Positions 11,051 to 23,683 of a DNA stretch of 64,000 nt are shown piece after piece. Source of the DNA: Camelus dromedarius. Its lineage: Eukaryota. The stretch's first letter is position 1. Every line of letters starts with the position of its first letter. The translations under genes and the position numbers were made by a program. The notes beneath the pieces were generated by a model, which ran no database searches, was not told the origin of the DNA, and worked only from the letters and a program-made list of their open reading frames with translations. The stretch lies in the NCBI RefSeq assembly GCF_036321535.1, contig NC_087453.1, positions 868,001-932,000 of the forward strand, read 5' to 3'.

Positions 11051-12139
11051 TCCCCTCCCCCAGGGCCTCCCGTCCCCCCAGGACCTCCTCCCAGGACCCC
11101 CATCCCCCCCAGGACCTCCCCTCCCCCGGGGCCTCCCCTCCCCCCAGGACCCCCATCCCCCCCAGGACCTCCCCTCCCCCGGGGCCTCCCGTCCCCCCAG
11201 GACCTCCTCCCAGGACCCCCATCCCCCCCAGGACCTCCCCTCCCCCGGGGCCTCCCGTCCCCCCAGGACCTCCTCCCAGGACCCCCATCCCCCCCAGGAC
11301 CTCCCCTCCCCCGGGGCCTCCCGTCCCCCCAGGACCTCCCCCCAGGACCCCCATCCCCCCCCAGGACCTCCCCTCCCCCGGGGCCTCCCCTCCCCCCAGG
11401 ACCTCCTCCCAGGACCCCCATCCCCCCCAGGACCTCCCCTCCCCCGGGGCCTCCCCTCCCCCCAGGACCTCCTCCCAGGACCTCCTCTCCCCCGGGGCCT
11501 CCCCTCCCCCCAGGACCTCCTCCCAGGACCCCCATCCCCCCCAGGACCTCCCCTCCCCCGGGGCCTCCCCTCCCCCCAGGACCTCCTCCCAGGACCCCCA
11601 TCCCCCCCAGGACCTCCCCTCCCCCGGGGCCTCCCCTCCCCCCAGGACCCCCATCCCCCCCAGGACCTCCCCTCCCCCGGGGCCTCCCCTCCCCCCAGGA
11701 CCTCCTCCCAGGACCCCCATCCCCCCCAGGACCTCCCCTCCCCCGGGGCCTCCCCTCCCCCCAGGACCCCCATCCCCCCCAGGACCTCCCCTCCCCCGGG
11801 GCCTCCCCTCCCCCCAGGACCTCCTCCCAGGACCCCCATCCCCCCCAGGACCTCCCCTCCCCCGGGGCCTCCCCTCCCCCCAGGACCCCCATCCCCCCCA
11901 GGACCTCCCCTCCCCCGGGGCCTCCCCTCCCCCGGGGCCTCCCCTCCCCCCAGGACCCCCATCCCCCCCAGGACCTCCCCTCCCCCGGGGCCTCCCCTCC
12001 CCCCAGGACCTCCCCCCAGGACCCCCATCCCCCCCAGGACCTCCCCTCCCCCGGGGCCTCCCCTCCCCCCAGGACCTCCTCCCAGGACCCCCATCCCCCC
12101 CAGGACCTCCCCTCCCCCGGGGCCTCCCCTCCCCCCAGG
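11051..12139. repeat. Modular C-rich minisatellite (VNTR) built from 13-, 18- and 35-bp modules
   Basis: Modules ccaggacctcctc / ccaggacccccatccccc / ccaggacctcccctcccccggggcctcccctcccc; ~19 copies of the gggcctccc core at mostly 66- or 53-bp spacing. Confidence 0.97.
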
Positions 12140-12869
12140 CGCGCCCTTCTCCCTCTCTTCCCCTCAGTCTGGGGAGAGGTCAGCATTCACATGGGGCCTG
12201 GGCTGAGCTCTCCCTCTCCCAGGAGAGGGCCGTAGCTTCCGTGGGTCCCGACCTCTCCGCAGGCTCACAGACTTGGGAGGCAGGGTTACTCTTCCTCAGC
12301 CAAAGCCAAGAGCCCCTGCCACGGAGAGGCTGCCGCCGACCGGACCGTGAATATTGATGGCTCTTCCTTTGTGCCGAACGTCCTGCCTGAGCTGCCGCGG
12401 CACGGCCACCACTGAGACCCATCCAGCTTTGTTGAGTGTCTCGGTGCGACAGATGGACACTCGCCTTCAGACCCCCGCACCTGAGCCCTGCGCAGAGGGC
12501 CCGGGATGTTTCCAGTGTCGCACACTTGCCTCAGGGCTTGTTTTAAATCCCACTTACCAGGGGCTCCAGCTTTTTGTCAGTCAAACGCCTTAAGCACTTT
12601 GTCAACTTGGACATCTGGCCGCTTGTTTAAACATTTTTTTATTTGCTAAAATATTTAATAGTGTGGCAGGGGTTTCACCAGGGACCTGGGCTGCCAGGCA
12701 TTTGTGGACTCCAGCCACTCCAGCAGAGAACCACAGACCCCACTCGGCCGTCACCCGGGCGGCCGTGATAGCCGGCGCCAGTCAGTACGAAAAAGGAGCC
12801 AAAACGGGGACTCACCACGTGCCCACCAGCCAAAGGGGCGCTAGACGTGGGCTATCACACCACCACACG

Positions 12870-13145
12870 CTGCAACGTGGATGCACCTTGAGGACATTAT
12901 GATCAGCGAGAGAAGCCAGACACAAAGGCTACACAGTGTCCAATTCCACTTGTATGAAATGCCCAGAATAGGCAAATCCAGGGAGACAGAAAGTGGATTG
13001 TGGTTGCCCGGAGCTGGGGGTGAGAGCGTCTAGGGGTGACTGCCCGTGGGTACAAGGTATCTTTTGGGGGTGATGAAAATGTTCTGCAACTAGAGGGAGG
13101 TGTTGATTGCACAGCATTAAAAATGGTTAAAGGGGTAAATCTGTA
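12870..13145 (+). mobile_element. Old L1 (L1MB/MC-like) 3' fragment
   Basis: ggatgcaccttgaggacattatg...aagccagacacaaagg...ccagaataggcaaatcc...ggtgatgaaaatgttctgcaacta. Confidence 0.75.
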
Positions 13146-13329
13146 GAAGACGCGCTGATCCTGGTGCTGATTGTAATGGCCGTAACCCTGACTGATCACC
13201 AAAGGTCGCTCGTGATCAAGGGTCCCCTGTGCACTGGGCACAGCTGTCTGCGGAGGACGTCAATGAGCAAGCACTGCTGGCCTCAGCCCTGGCAGGACGC
13301 ACAGACCACAACCAGGTGAGTTAGCTTGA

Positions 13330-13610
13330 GATGGAGAAGAGCTTCTCAGAGGAGGTGACGTTAGGCTGGGCTTGGGAGAATGGGGGTGGGGGGATCCAGG
13401 CAGGGGAACAGCATGTGCAGAGGCCCTGAGGCAGCAGCATGGCCCCAGGGATGAGCGAAGGATGACCTGGCGGAGAGCGAAGTCAGGAGCAGTGCCTGGT
13501 GCCTGGCTGAGCAGAGGTCAGGGCAGCGGAGGGAGGACCAGTGTGGGGCTGGGGAGTCTGCTTTCTGCCCAAAGCAGTGGGGCATTGCTGTAGAAAGAAG
13601 GCGGGTTCTA
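13330..13610 (-). mobile_element. L2 fragment
   Basis: gaggaggtgacgttaggctggg...gggaacagcatgtgcagaggccctgagg, the typical L2 3' region in antisense. Confidence 0.65.
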
Positions 13611-16600
13611 GGGCAGCTCGCCTGCCTGTGATCACCCCATTCCCTGAGCCCCTCCCCACGCCCCTCCTCCCACAGTGGCCCAGTTTTAGCCATGGTCCCT
13701 CACACTTCTCAGAGGGTGACCCTAGCGTCACTGGCGGAGGTCATGCAGCTTCCAGGCAAGGCCTCAGCCCAGGTCTGGGTCCAGAGCTCCTGCCGGGGCT
13801 GCAGCAAGTCCTCTGGGTGCCAGCAGAGGGCGGCAGGGCCTGCCAGCTCCAGCTGGACCCCAGGCACGGAAACTCCTAAGGAGTCCCAGGAGGTGGCCAG
13901 AGGGCTGGGGCGTGGCAGCCTGGCTCCAGCAGCGAGGGCTCGCAGTGGGGGGCAGAGGGTCCCACACCCTCTCCCCAGCCACCTCCAGTTTTCACAGGAG
14001 CAGCCAAAACCAGCCGGTGTGTCCAGCGAGGCGCCGCCTCTGCTGTGCAGACCAGACCCGCTTCTCCTGCCCACTGGTCTCTCTCCCCAAAATCCTGAGC
14101 ACCAACTCCAGGATGAAGGGGCCGTAGAATGGATTTATGTTTGTCTATTAAGGACATGTTACCCAGGAGCCCTGGGAAGGTGAGAGCTACAGCCCTAGAT
14201 GTGGTCCTGGGGGCTGTGACCTTGGGCTGAGGGGGCTGGGAGGGGTGGGCAAGGGAGGACATCACTTGTTTTCTGACCTAAACATAATTCTTTCTCCAGG
14301 CTCATCCTACTGCACCTGGACCAGCGGGGAGGACGCCGGGTGCCAGGACCCAGCCTCAGGTCAGAGATCAAGGGGGTGTTCCGACCACACCCCTTGGGGC
14401 TGCCCCAACCCTTGGGTCCTCAGGCTCCCAGTGTCCAGCCTCCAGCGGAGAAGGGCACCCAGCTCCGGGGCTACACACAGTCTGGCGACCCCATCCTGGA
14501 ATGCCCAGCCCAGGGCCAGGCCAACAGGAGATGCTGAGATGGACACAGTGTGGAGGGACAGATCCTGGATGCCAAGGGGAAACAGACCTTTCAGGCCTGG
14601 AGCAGCCACCTAGCCTCCAGAAGGACACACCTGGAAGGAGACAGGGGAGGAGGCTGGAGGCGGGTGCTGTAGAGCACAGTCTGAGCAGACGATCAAGGTG
14701 GCTGTGGGTCACATGTCCTGTCCTCAGAGAGGCTGGAGGTCAGTGGGCAGTGCCCCTGCACCCAGACCCCGCTGGCCTTGGATGGGCCACCCTGCTCTCC
14801 CCAGCCCCACTGCCTCCGCTCTTGGCCCCTCCATTCCCATGACACCCAGGGCCCTCCGCTACCCCCACCCTGAGTGCAGTCATGGCACCTGCCCACCCCC
14901 AGGACCCCCGCCCTCTCTCAGCCTGCCTGCTCCCCCAGTCTCTCACCTGCACCCCCGTCTGCAGGCTCTTGGCGGGTGAGGACCGAGACAGCCCCCAAGA
15001 GAACCCACGGCAGGTTGGCCTGGGCACCTCTGCATCCCTGGATCCAACCTCAACCCTTGTGCCAGGACATTCCGGACAGCAGAGGAGATTCCGGAGGCTT
15101 CCAGGCAGCCAAGTCACCCCGACAATCGCTCTGCAAACAGCAGTTTCCCAAGCTGGCAGAGCGAGGCCTTAGCCTGCCCGCTCTGAGCCCACCAGAACTT
15201 TGCATGCCTGTTTCCGGAGCCTGTCTCATCCACCAGATCCCAGCTGGATGCCACCTCTTCAGGGAAGCCGCCCTGACTTTCCTTGGCCCACAAGCAATCC
15301 AGGCCTGTTTGCTGAACTGGTTAGAAGGCAGGGTTGATGCCTCAAGTCAGCACCTTGGACAGGGCTGGGGGCCGGGAGCCCAGCCAGGACTCTGGAAGGG
15401 GTTCACACAGTGATCACCCCGAGCCCAAGAAGGGACGACAGCAGGCGTGAGGGTGGCAGCAGGGGCTGAACCTGCTCGGCTTGACCCCGGGAGAGACTCG
15501 GGGGCCCTGGGAGGCGGAGGAAGGAGGAGGGGAGTGTGGGCATCACATCGCATTGCATGGTGGCCGGGGTGCCCATGCGGCCCCCACTGGAGACACCGTG
15601 TCCTCATCACTTCTTCCAAGGGGACGCTGTCCTCCTCTCAAGGAGATCGGCTCTTCCCTCCTCCTCCTCCGGGTGAGCTTTCATGTCCTGGCAAAGGCAC
15701 CGAGTAAACATGAAACGGTCCGCCAGTCTTGCTCTCCTGTGTCCGTGCATCTCAGGCTGACCCCGGGGCACCTGCACCCCATCCCCATCCCTGGGGGCCC
15801 CCCGCAGGTCCGGGCCCGCGGGCCCCTCTGCCGGCAGCACCCAGCCCGAGCTGGCCTGTTTGGGTTCTGTTGTCTCTCTTACCTTTAGATGTTCAGCAGC
15901 ATGAATATTCTTATTTTTTATTTAAAACTAATTTGGAGTTCTCGCTCTCCGAGGGGCTTCTAATCACCAAAAGAGTGCCTAAGGCAAGAGCTGATTGACA
16001 GGCCAACGCGGCCACTTCTGAAGAACAAATTGGCCATTGGCAGTGCCACATACAAAGGGGGACGCCAAGGGCTTGTGCTTCAAGAGCTGTTAGCGGGGCG
16101 CAGACAGCAGCTGCTCCCCATGTGGGCACAAGCACCTGGCAGACGTCAGGAGGCCATAAAATGCACTCGTTTAATAGTTACTTTGTTTAAAAAGTCATTA
16201 AAATTGAATGTCAGCTAAAACTTAGGAAAACATTTATTCTTCAAACCCTTTTGAATCTTGCTTGTGAGCCCGAGACAGGATTGTTTCTGCCCAGGACAAA
16301 GACACGGGTTTGTAAACAGGCAGGCGTGTCCCCAGAACGGCCACAGCCTCGGAATGGGCCACGAGAGGCGGAGCATCGCTCGGGGCCCCAGATGAGGCTC
16401 CAGGGCCCGGGCTGCCCTGACTGTCCCCACCACCCCTGGCAGAGTCGTCACCCCACGCTGACCATGGAAGAGGGACCTCCATGCACCAAGACGCAGCTGC
16501 AGGCCCCTGCCTCTCATCTTGCCCAGAGCTGCCAATTAGGGCCAATTCTGGAGGCGACTCCAGCCCAGGGTCCCAGGCCCAGGATGGGGTCTGAGCAGGG

Positions 16601-18783
16601 GCGAGGCCCTCAGGGTGCTAATTTGGAAGCCAGAGCAGGGCTGGGGTTGCTCTGACGGGGTCTCCGTGCTGGCAGGTTAAGACAACTGGCTGCCCCCTTC
16701 CCAAGTCCCACTGTTTCCGAACAACAGACATCTGGCCTGAGGCATCTTGCTGCCCACAGTTACGACTCAACGTGGATGGATCGCTGAAGATGAGGAGGAG
16801 TTTGCATCAGAGTGGCAGGAACGGGAAGCCCACCAGCACCCCAGCACCACTGGACTCGGGGTTAATGAGGCCCTGGCTTGCAGGAGCTGCATCCCTGACC
16901 AGAGCCGCATGGAGCAGGAGGACGGGGCTGGGGCATCAGACTTGGGTCAGGCGCAGTGACCAGCTGGCTCTGGGGACTTTGGTCCAGCTCTTTTGGCCCC
17001 AGGACGTCCATCTTGCCCTAGACGTGGCCGTTCTTTGCCCAGGGCCTGTGCCGTGCTTCTGGGCTCAGTTCAAGGCTGCATTTGGTGTTGACCTAGGGTT
17101 GATGGAAGGAAAAGTTCTGCCTGGCAACAGTTAGGCCTTCAGACCTGCCCCGGACAAGCGGGTGAGGTGGACACAGGCCCCAAAGAGACCAGACGTCATA
17201 ACAGGCCAGTTTTGACACAGACCACGTAGCCAAGCCTTGTTGTGTGTTTTTCACGTGAAAGAATCAACCCTGGTGAAAACCATTTCAGCAAAGGAAACGT
17301 GGCAACGGGAATGATGAAAATAGTGTGTGTGGCCACGAGGAAAGATGACTGAGGAATTCGGAAAAGCCCCCAGTTTGTGGAGACTGTCCTGGAGTCGGGG
17401 AGGGCGCGGGGGATCTGCAGCTCCGGTGCCCTCGCGGGCTGGTGCCTTGGGATCTGTCTGCGTTCAGGGCGAAGGTGCTGGAGGGGGAGGAGGCACGGAC
17501 ACACCTTGAGGTCTCATCAGCCTGGGGAAAAGCTCCAGGGAGCCATGATGCTGAGGGTCCACAGGGGGCCCGAGGCCCTGCAGCGCTGCCCCTGCGTCTC
17601 CCGCCTCTGCAGCCCCCCACCCCGCCAGCAGAGCGGGGAAGAGGTGCTGCCTGTGCCCAGCCCGACAGTCCCGTGGCCGAGGGGGCCCAGGGCTGCCTGG
17701 GGGCGCGGCCGTGGAGGCTGAGTGACCCTGAGGGGATGGAGGAGCCAACTGCGCAGAGGTGTGGGAACACACGGGGCAGTGGGCGGCGTGGAGGGGTGAG
17801 TCTTCCTGTTCCCGACGCTCTGACGGTGGAGAGGACATCCCGGCCCCAAAGGGCCCAAATAGCTTCAGGAATGACTTTCGGACCTTGCGCTGTTGAACAG
17901 GCCTCTAACCCCAGTCTCTAAGACAGGACCGCTATCGGGGGGGGAGGAAAGAGGAGGCCGTTGGGGTGTCTACAAACGGGAGGAGGGACCCCAAAAGAGG
18001 AGGGCAGACCCATCCTCAGTCACCTGGAACTGGGGCGGGGCACCTAGGGCTGGACCCTGGGGCTGGAACGGACTGGAGCGGCCCCTTGGGGAGTATCCAC
18101 AGGTAGGGGGCCAGGGAGGTACCTGTGAGGGACCCAAGCAAATAGGGGGTGACATGGTCACTGCCCTGGACAGGGGCCACTCAGCTAAGTCTCTGGGCGC
18201 AGGGCACGGAGTGGCACCTCTCTGTGGTTTGGTGTGCATGTCCCTGTCAGCTACTGATGTCCCCAGGGTTTGGTCCTGTGGCCTCCCTTTGGGAGCTGTC
18301 ATTACTGACCACCGTTCGTTGGGGAGTTGAGAGCGCTTCCTCCGTGCGGCGGTCTCCCATCCTGCCTTCGGCACATCTCCCTTTTGTAACCTATGGACAG
18401 TCTCAGACACAGAAGACACGGGTCCCTCCCGAGCTCGGGGGCGCTGCTGGGAGCCCCCAGCCATGGATGCGGGCTTGTCCCAGGCCATGTCCCTGCAGAT
18501 GACAGCAGGGTGGAGATTTGCTGCAGGAGGTCACAAGGTGGGGGTGTCTTGGCCCCAGCCTGGGGGGCAGGACAGGGCAGGGAGGACGTGGGGTGCAGTG
18601 TGGTCCCCACAGGGCCCTCCATCGCCCCTCGGGGAGCTCTGGGGCCTGATGGCCTTTGGGGTTGTCCCAGCTGAGGCGGGGGCAGGGCCTCCCTCGGGGG
18701 GTCTGAGTGGCCCCCAGCATCCACTGTGGTCTCCAGGGCAGCCTCTCCTGGGCTCAGGGCAGGTAGAAGCAGGGGAGCCACAC

Positions 18784-19060
18784 TGTTGGAGTTGAACTAT
18801 GTTCCCCAAATTCATACGTCGAAGTCCTAACCCCCAGGACCTCAGGATGCGACTGCATTTGGAAATAGGGCCTTTACAGGGGTGACTAAGTTAAAATGAG
18901 GTCCTTAGGTTGGGCCCTAATCCAACCTGACTGTATCCTTATAAGAAGAGGTGATTAGGACCCAGACAGATGCGGAGGGATGACCGCGTGAGGACACCAG
19001 CATCAGATCCAGCCTGCTAGAGCTGCTCCGAGGGGAGGCGCCTGGTTCTGTCACAGGCAG
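18784..19060 (+). mobile_element. MaLR LTR (MLT1A/B-like), internally deleted
   Basis: tgttggagttgaactatgttccccaaattcatacgtcgaagtcctaacccccag...atttggaaatagggcc...gggccctaatccaa. Confidence 0.8.
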
Positions 19061-21234
19061 GAGTGGAAGCACGAGATGGGAGGAGAAGGGCCAAACGAGG
19101 GGAGGGGTCCCGCTGGATGTGACCTGCGCGGGGAGCGGGTGTCACAGGCTTCCTCCTCCCGGGAAGGGCCTCGCCTCCCAGCCCTCCCAGCCCTCCCAGC
19201 CCCCCCCCCCGCCCCCCCATCAGGAGGGGGTCAGATTCTCTCAGAACATCTCGAGAGCCACAGAGCCGTCGGGGACCCTCACCAGAGCCAGCACGCAGGC
19301 ATCCCCACCACCTGGCGACACCCCTGCTGCTCAGGGGTCTTCCCTGGGGCTGCTCTCTCCAAGCCAACGCCCCCCTACCTCAGCTTGCTCCAGACCCTGC
19401 CCAAACACACCTGCCCCTGCGCCCCACCTGGACGGGCGCCCCTCCTTGAGCCTCCAGCGGGGTCTTCTCTCCGCCTCTGATCGGGTGGCTATTCTGCCCA
19501 GCGAACCGCCCTGAAACCTGCCATTTTCCACCCGTCACCATGTGCTCTCCGCCTGTGTCTGTGGGTCGGGCATTTGGGGACAGCTTGTCTGCTCTGTCTG
19601 GGGGATCTCTCACGGTCAGCCAGAAGGCAGCTCCACCCCGTTCCTCCCACGAGGCTCGCCTGGGTGTCCTCACAGCCCCAGGGTGCCTTACCACAGGACG
19701 CGGGGCCAGCAGGGCTGTGTGGGCATCATGGTGCCAGCTCAGGGCCAGCGACCCTAGGGGCTCTCCCGCCCGGGGTCCCCCCTGTGCTGGCCTGTGACCC
19801 CGTGTGACCACCGCCTCTGGGCTCAGGGAGGAGCAGCCAGGGCCCCCTGCCCTGAGAGCATAAAGGCAAGGGGTCCGCACTGGGAAGAGGCTCCGGTCTG
19901 GTGGGCCCTGGTGGCCACTCCCCCCGCCGCCTGCACCAGCCTCCCCACCAGCTTCTTTGGAAGTTGGGAGAGTCTTTTGTATTCCAAAGGTCAAAGGGCC
20001 GAGCTTGCCTTTAATTAAAATGCACATCCTTTAATTAAAGGCCCCGTAACACGTGAAGGGCATCCACTGAAATACGACATGTGACACAGTCATTTTCTTG
20101 CTGTTAATTACTAATTAATGAAGCTATTTCAATTAATAGCTTCCCCACCTCGCTCCTCCTTTGACAGGCCCCGTGCTGGGGCGCGTCCCCCATCAGGCAA
20201 GGCTCCGAGCCTCCTCGCTGAATATTCATGCCACAGCTTCAGCGCTGTTCAATTAAACACAATAAAGTAAATCCGTGTCAGAAGTGCACTCCAGTGCGCA
20301 GCCCGCCCCTCCTTATGTGGGAGCCTGTGGCAGGGTAGGTGGCGCCACTGTAGACGTGACAGGAAGTGGCCCATGGCCCCGGGAGGTGCCTCAACCACCC
20401 AGCATGGCCCCTGCAAGGCCCCTGGGACAGATGAGTGGCAGTCCCCGAGGGGGCAAGTGGGGACCCCCAGGCCATTGCTGGCCTACAGCTGAAGGACAAA
20501 GCCAGAAATGGGGGGCAGGCAGCCCAGAGAGGTGGCGGGGCCATTAGCATACTAATTATGAGTGTTAAGTGGGCTGTTTTAAAGAAATGACAGAAAAGTG
20601 TCACTTACGGTGACCAGCAGGGGACAACTCCACATGTGAGCCAGAGATGGGGAGAGGGCATCCAGGGAGGCTGCCACAGGACAGCCCTGCCCCTGTGCCC
20701 TTGGGAGGGAATGCAGGGAGGAACCCTGCAGCCTCGAACCAAGATGTCCTGGCCACAGGCCCCTGGGCTTCTCCTTGGAGGGGGACACAGGAAGCCCCAC
20801 GTGTGCAGGCCCAGCGGCCAGTGGGAGGGACCTGCAGTGTGATCCAGACTGGGGAAGGGATGGGTGGGAGGGGGTCCTTGCCCTTGAAAGTTGCCCCAAC
20901 ACACAAGACCCCCAGACCCGGCCACTCCCCAGGTCCCACTCCCACCCTCCACTGTGTCCAGCCTCGTGCCCTCCCTCCCCACCATCGCCCGTGCCCTCCC
21001 TGCCTGGAACGTCCTTCCAACCTCTCCCCTTCTGTGGAGCTGAGGGGCAGGAACCCGGCGGACATGAGCCCTGGTGGCCGAACCCCGTAGCTCCCCATGT
21101 GGCATCCCAGGGAGGATCTGGGACAGCTGCTCGGGGCTAGGGGGCAAAGCCCTGTCGGATGGCGCCCTCTGTCGGCCAGCTGCAGGGAGACAGCGCCCTC
21201 GCCCTCCTGAGGCACCTCCTGGTTGTGGGCAATG

Positions 21235-21366
21235 CAGACACAGCAGACACGTGCACACACACGCCGTACACAAATACACACACACCAGACACATAAACAC
21301 ACAGTACACAAATACACACACACACCGTACACAAATACACACATGCCATACACAAACGTACACACA
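21235..21366. repeat. Imperfect CA-rich minisatellite (~21-bp unit gtacacaaatacacacacacc)
   Basis: gtacacaaatacacaca recurs three times within a (CA)-rich tract. Confidence 0.85.
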
Positions 21367-22039
21367 AGTGGCCAGAGCCCCTCCTCCTGGGGGTGAAGGA
21401 ACAGCAGGTTTGGTGTCTGGTGGTGGTGACCCTCCAGACCCCTGCCCCTCTCTCCCCCCTCCGCTGCTTCATGGACGCGGCTGCCTGGGCTCAGGGTAGG
21501 CGCTGGCCCTGGGATCGTGCCAGGGCTGCCCGGGGGTGGGGACGTGTTTGAGCCTGGCTGCACCAGATAAAAACACGGGCCAGGGCTGCCCTCCCCGCCT
21601 CTCCCTGCTGACAGCACCCTCCCCACCAGGGAACACTTCTGCCAGGAGTCTGGGGAGCCCCTCCCAACATTGGCCCTGGGAAGGGTTAGGGGGTTATACC
21701 CAGCTCCTCGTGACACTGGGGATCAGGACCAGCAGTGATGGGAGAAGGCTGGGCCCAGCCGCCCCACAGCAGGCCCAGTGCCCCCAAATCCCAGCTCCTC
21801 CCTCTGTGGCTCTGTGAGGCGGAGGCAAAAGTGTGACCAGACTCCACCTCCCGGAGGCCTGGGATCCCAGTGTACACACGTGCCCTAGCCTCCCCTTCTG
21901 AGCAGGGCCCACCAGCACCTCCTGGGTCCCACACCCCTTCCGGGCTCAAGGCACCGAGACCCCAGATGACTGGGTTCCCGTGGGAGAGTGCTCTCTTCTC
22001 TGACTCTCACCAAGAGTTCACAGTTTGCTGTGGGTTAAA

Positions 22040-22370
22040 GAGACAGGTGTTACTCTCACACTCAGGCCCACAGCAGCAAATTCACAGCAGCCCAGGAGTC
22101 CTGGACGAATGGACAAAGGAGGAGTGGTCCACCCTTTAACAGAGCGTCATGCACACGGCTGTGTGGATGAGCCTTGAGAACACTTTGCTTAGCGAATCGA
22201 GCCAGTCACAAAAGGACCAACACTTCCGCGAAGTTCCCCATGGAGTCATTGTCATAGAGACCGAAAAAGTAGATGGTGGCTGTCTGGGGCTGGGGGTGGG
22301 AAACAGGAGTGAGTGTTTAGCCGGGACAGTCTCAGTTTGGGAAGATGAGTCATGGAGATGATGGTGGGGA
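22040..22370 (+). mobile_element. Old L1 (L1MB-like) 3' fragment
   Basis: gacgaatggacaaag...ggatgagccttgagaacac...gccagtcacaaaaggac...cagtttgggaagatgag. Confidence 0.7.
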
Positions 22371-22883
22371 CGGCCGCCCCCACCCCACATGGGGGGTTTC
22401 CTGGCTGGGTTCCCAGCCCAGGGCCCAGGACAGCGCAGAAGTCCCCCATCCCCTCACCCCAGGCTTCCCATGAAAACACATCGGCCTTTATGATAAATTA
22501 ACATTCTTGCCGCACCTCCGTAAACAACCAGGCGAAACCCACAGGGGCCAGACTCACTCTGTAATCAAGAAGCCTTCTTTCAGATTCTTTGTGATCCAAA
22601 GTGGGGGGACTGGAGGGGGAAATCTGGGCTTACATGGAAAATTACGAGCTGGCTGACCCTGGAAGCTGCACAGCCCTGCGCACAGCTGACAGCAACGCCG
22701 AGCCACTCTGACCTGAGACACGCAGCCAGAGTCCGTCCCAAGCGGCAGCGAGACCCGGCAGCTTCGCTGCGGCTGCGTGCTCAGGGCACCAGCCCCCGGA
22801 GTCTGCTCTTGGGATTTCCTTTTGACCTGTTTGTAACCCTTTGCTGGTTTCCTCGAATGAGTGAAATAAATCTTTAACATGCA

Positions 22884-22889
22884 TTTATT
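22884..22889 (-). terminator. SLC17A9: SLC17A9 poly(A) signal AATAAA (3'UTR ~0.8 kb)
   Basis: tttatt on the + strand inside an AT-rich block ~800 nt past the stop codon. Confidence 0.75.
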
Positions 22890-23352
22890 CTTTTTATAAA
22901 AAGAGTGTTAAACAGTATCATCATCGTCTCTTTAAATACTTTAATAGTCAGCATTTAAATGAGGCTCTGGTGTAATTTTCCACATTCCCATAGTTTCTTT
23001 TCTCTACGTAAACATCTGGCAAAATCTATTATTAATTCACGAGACGACAGCTTCTCTACTGTGAACAGGAAGGGTGAGAGACAGTGTGGAAAGGTGGCTC
23101 TGCCCAGGCTCCGGGGTGCGTCCTAGCCTGGAGGGGTGCCCACCCTCCCCTCAGGGCCGGAGGCACCAGGCACCAGGGAAGCAGAATGAATGGCCAGGGC
23201 CCAGGGATTCACGGGAGGGGGTCACCGGGGGTGGGGTCGCCAAGGATGGGCAAAGGCCTCAAGACCTCACAACCCGTTGAACTGGGAGCCTCAGCCTGGA
23301 CCGTCTGGAGAAGCAGAAACGCCTCCCCACCCTCCACGGCCTTCCTCGGGAG

Positions 23353-23512
23353 CTGTGGTTCCCACCGGGGGCCGGTCCCCAGGGACACTTGGTGACGTCA
23401 GGAGACACTGTTGGCTGTCATGACTGGGGGTTCGTCTAGTGGGTGGGAGCCGGGGGTGCTGCTAAACACCCCGCAGTCCCACCAACCCTGAGAGGGGGGC
23501 ACAGCCCCCCAC
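23353..23512 (+). mobile_element. MER20 (hAT) fragment in the SLC17A9 3'UTR
   Basis: cagggacacttggtgacgtcaggagacactgttggctgtca...ctagtgggtgggagccgggggtgctgctaaacac. Confidence 0.75.
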
Positions 23513-23683
23513 GGGCAAGGAACAGGCCCCACCTGGGCGGCCCAGGGCCAGCGACGGCCCCACCTTCCCGCCTGACCGAGGCTCGCTCCGAGGCTCATAC
23601 ACCAGGAAGAAGAGGCTCTTGAACTGGCCCTGCTCCCCAAGGCTGGTGGCGCCGGGTCCTCAGGGGGCGGTGGCCCAGGGCAG

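Noticed and set aside
11051-12139. CRISPR-like array, or a PRDM9 hotspot (human CCNCCNTNNCCNC matches module A)
   Set aside because: There are no unique spacers and the DNA is mammalian. PRDM9 specificity is lineage-specific, so the human motif is uninformative here.
10894-12357. Long Pro/Gly-rich ORFs (up to 487 aa) resembling collagen, extensin or formin
   Set aside because: They arise in five overlapping frames on both strands from a nearly stop-free minisatellite. There is no sustained Gly-X-Y register and no splice or promoter context.
20601-21716. 371-aa and 252-aa minus-strand ORFs with Cys/Val-rich segments
   Set aside because: The CVCV pattern is the translation of a (TG)-rich repeat; non-ATG or weak starts and no homology recognised.
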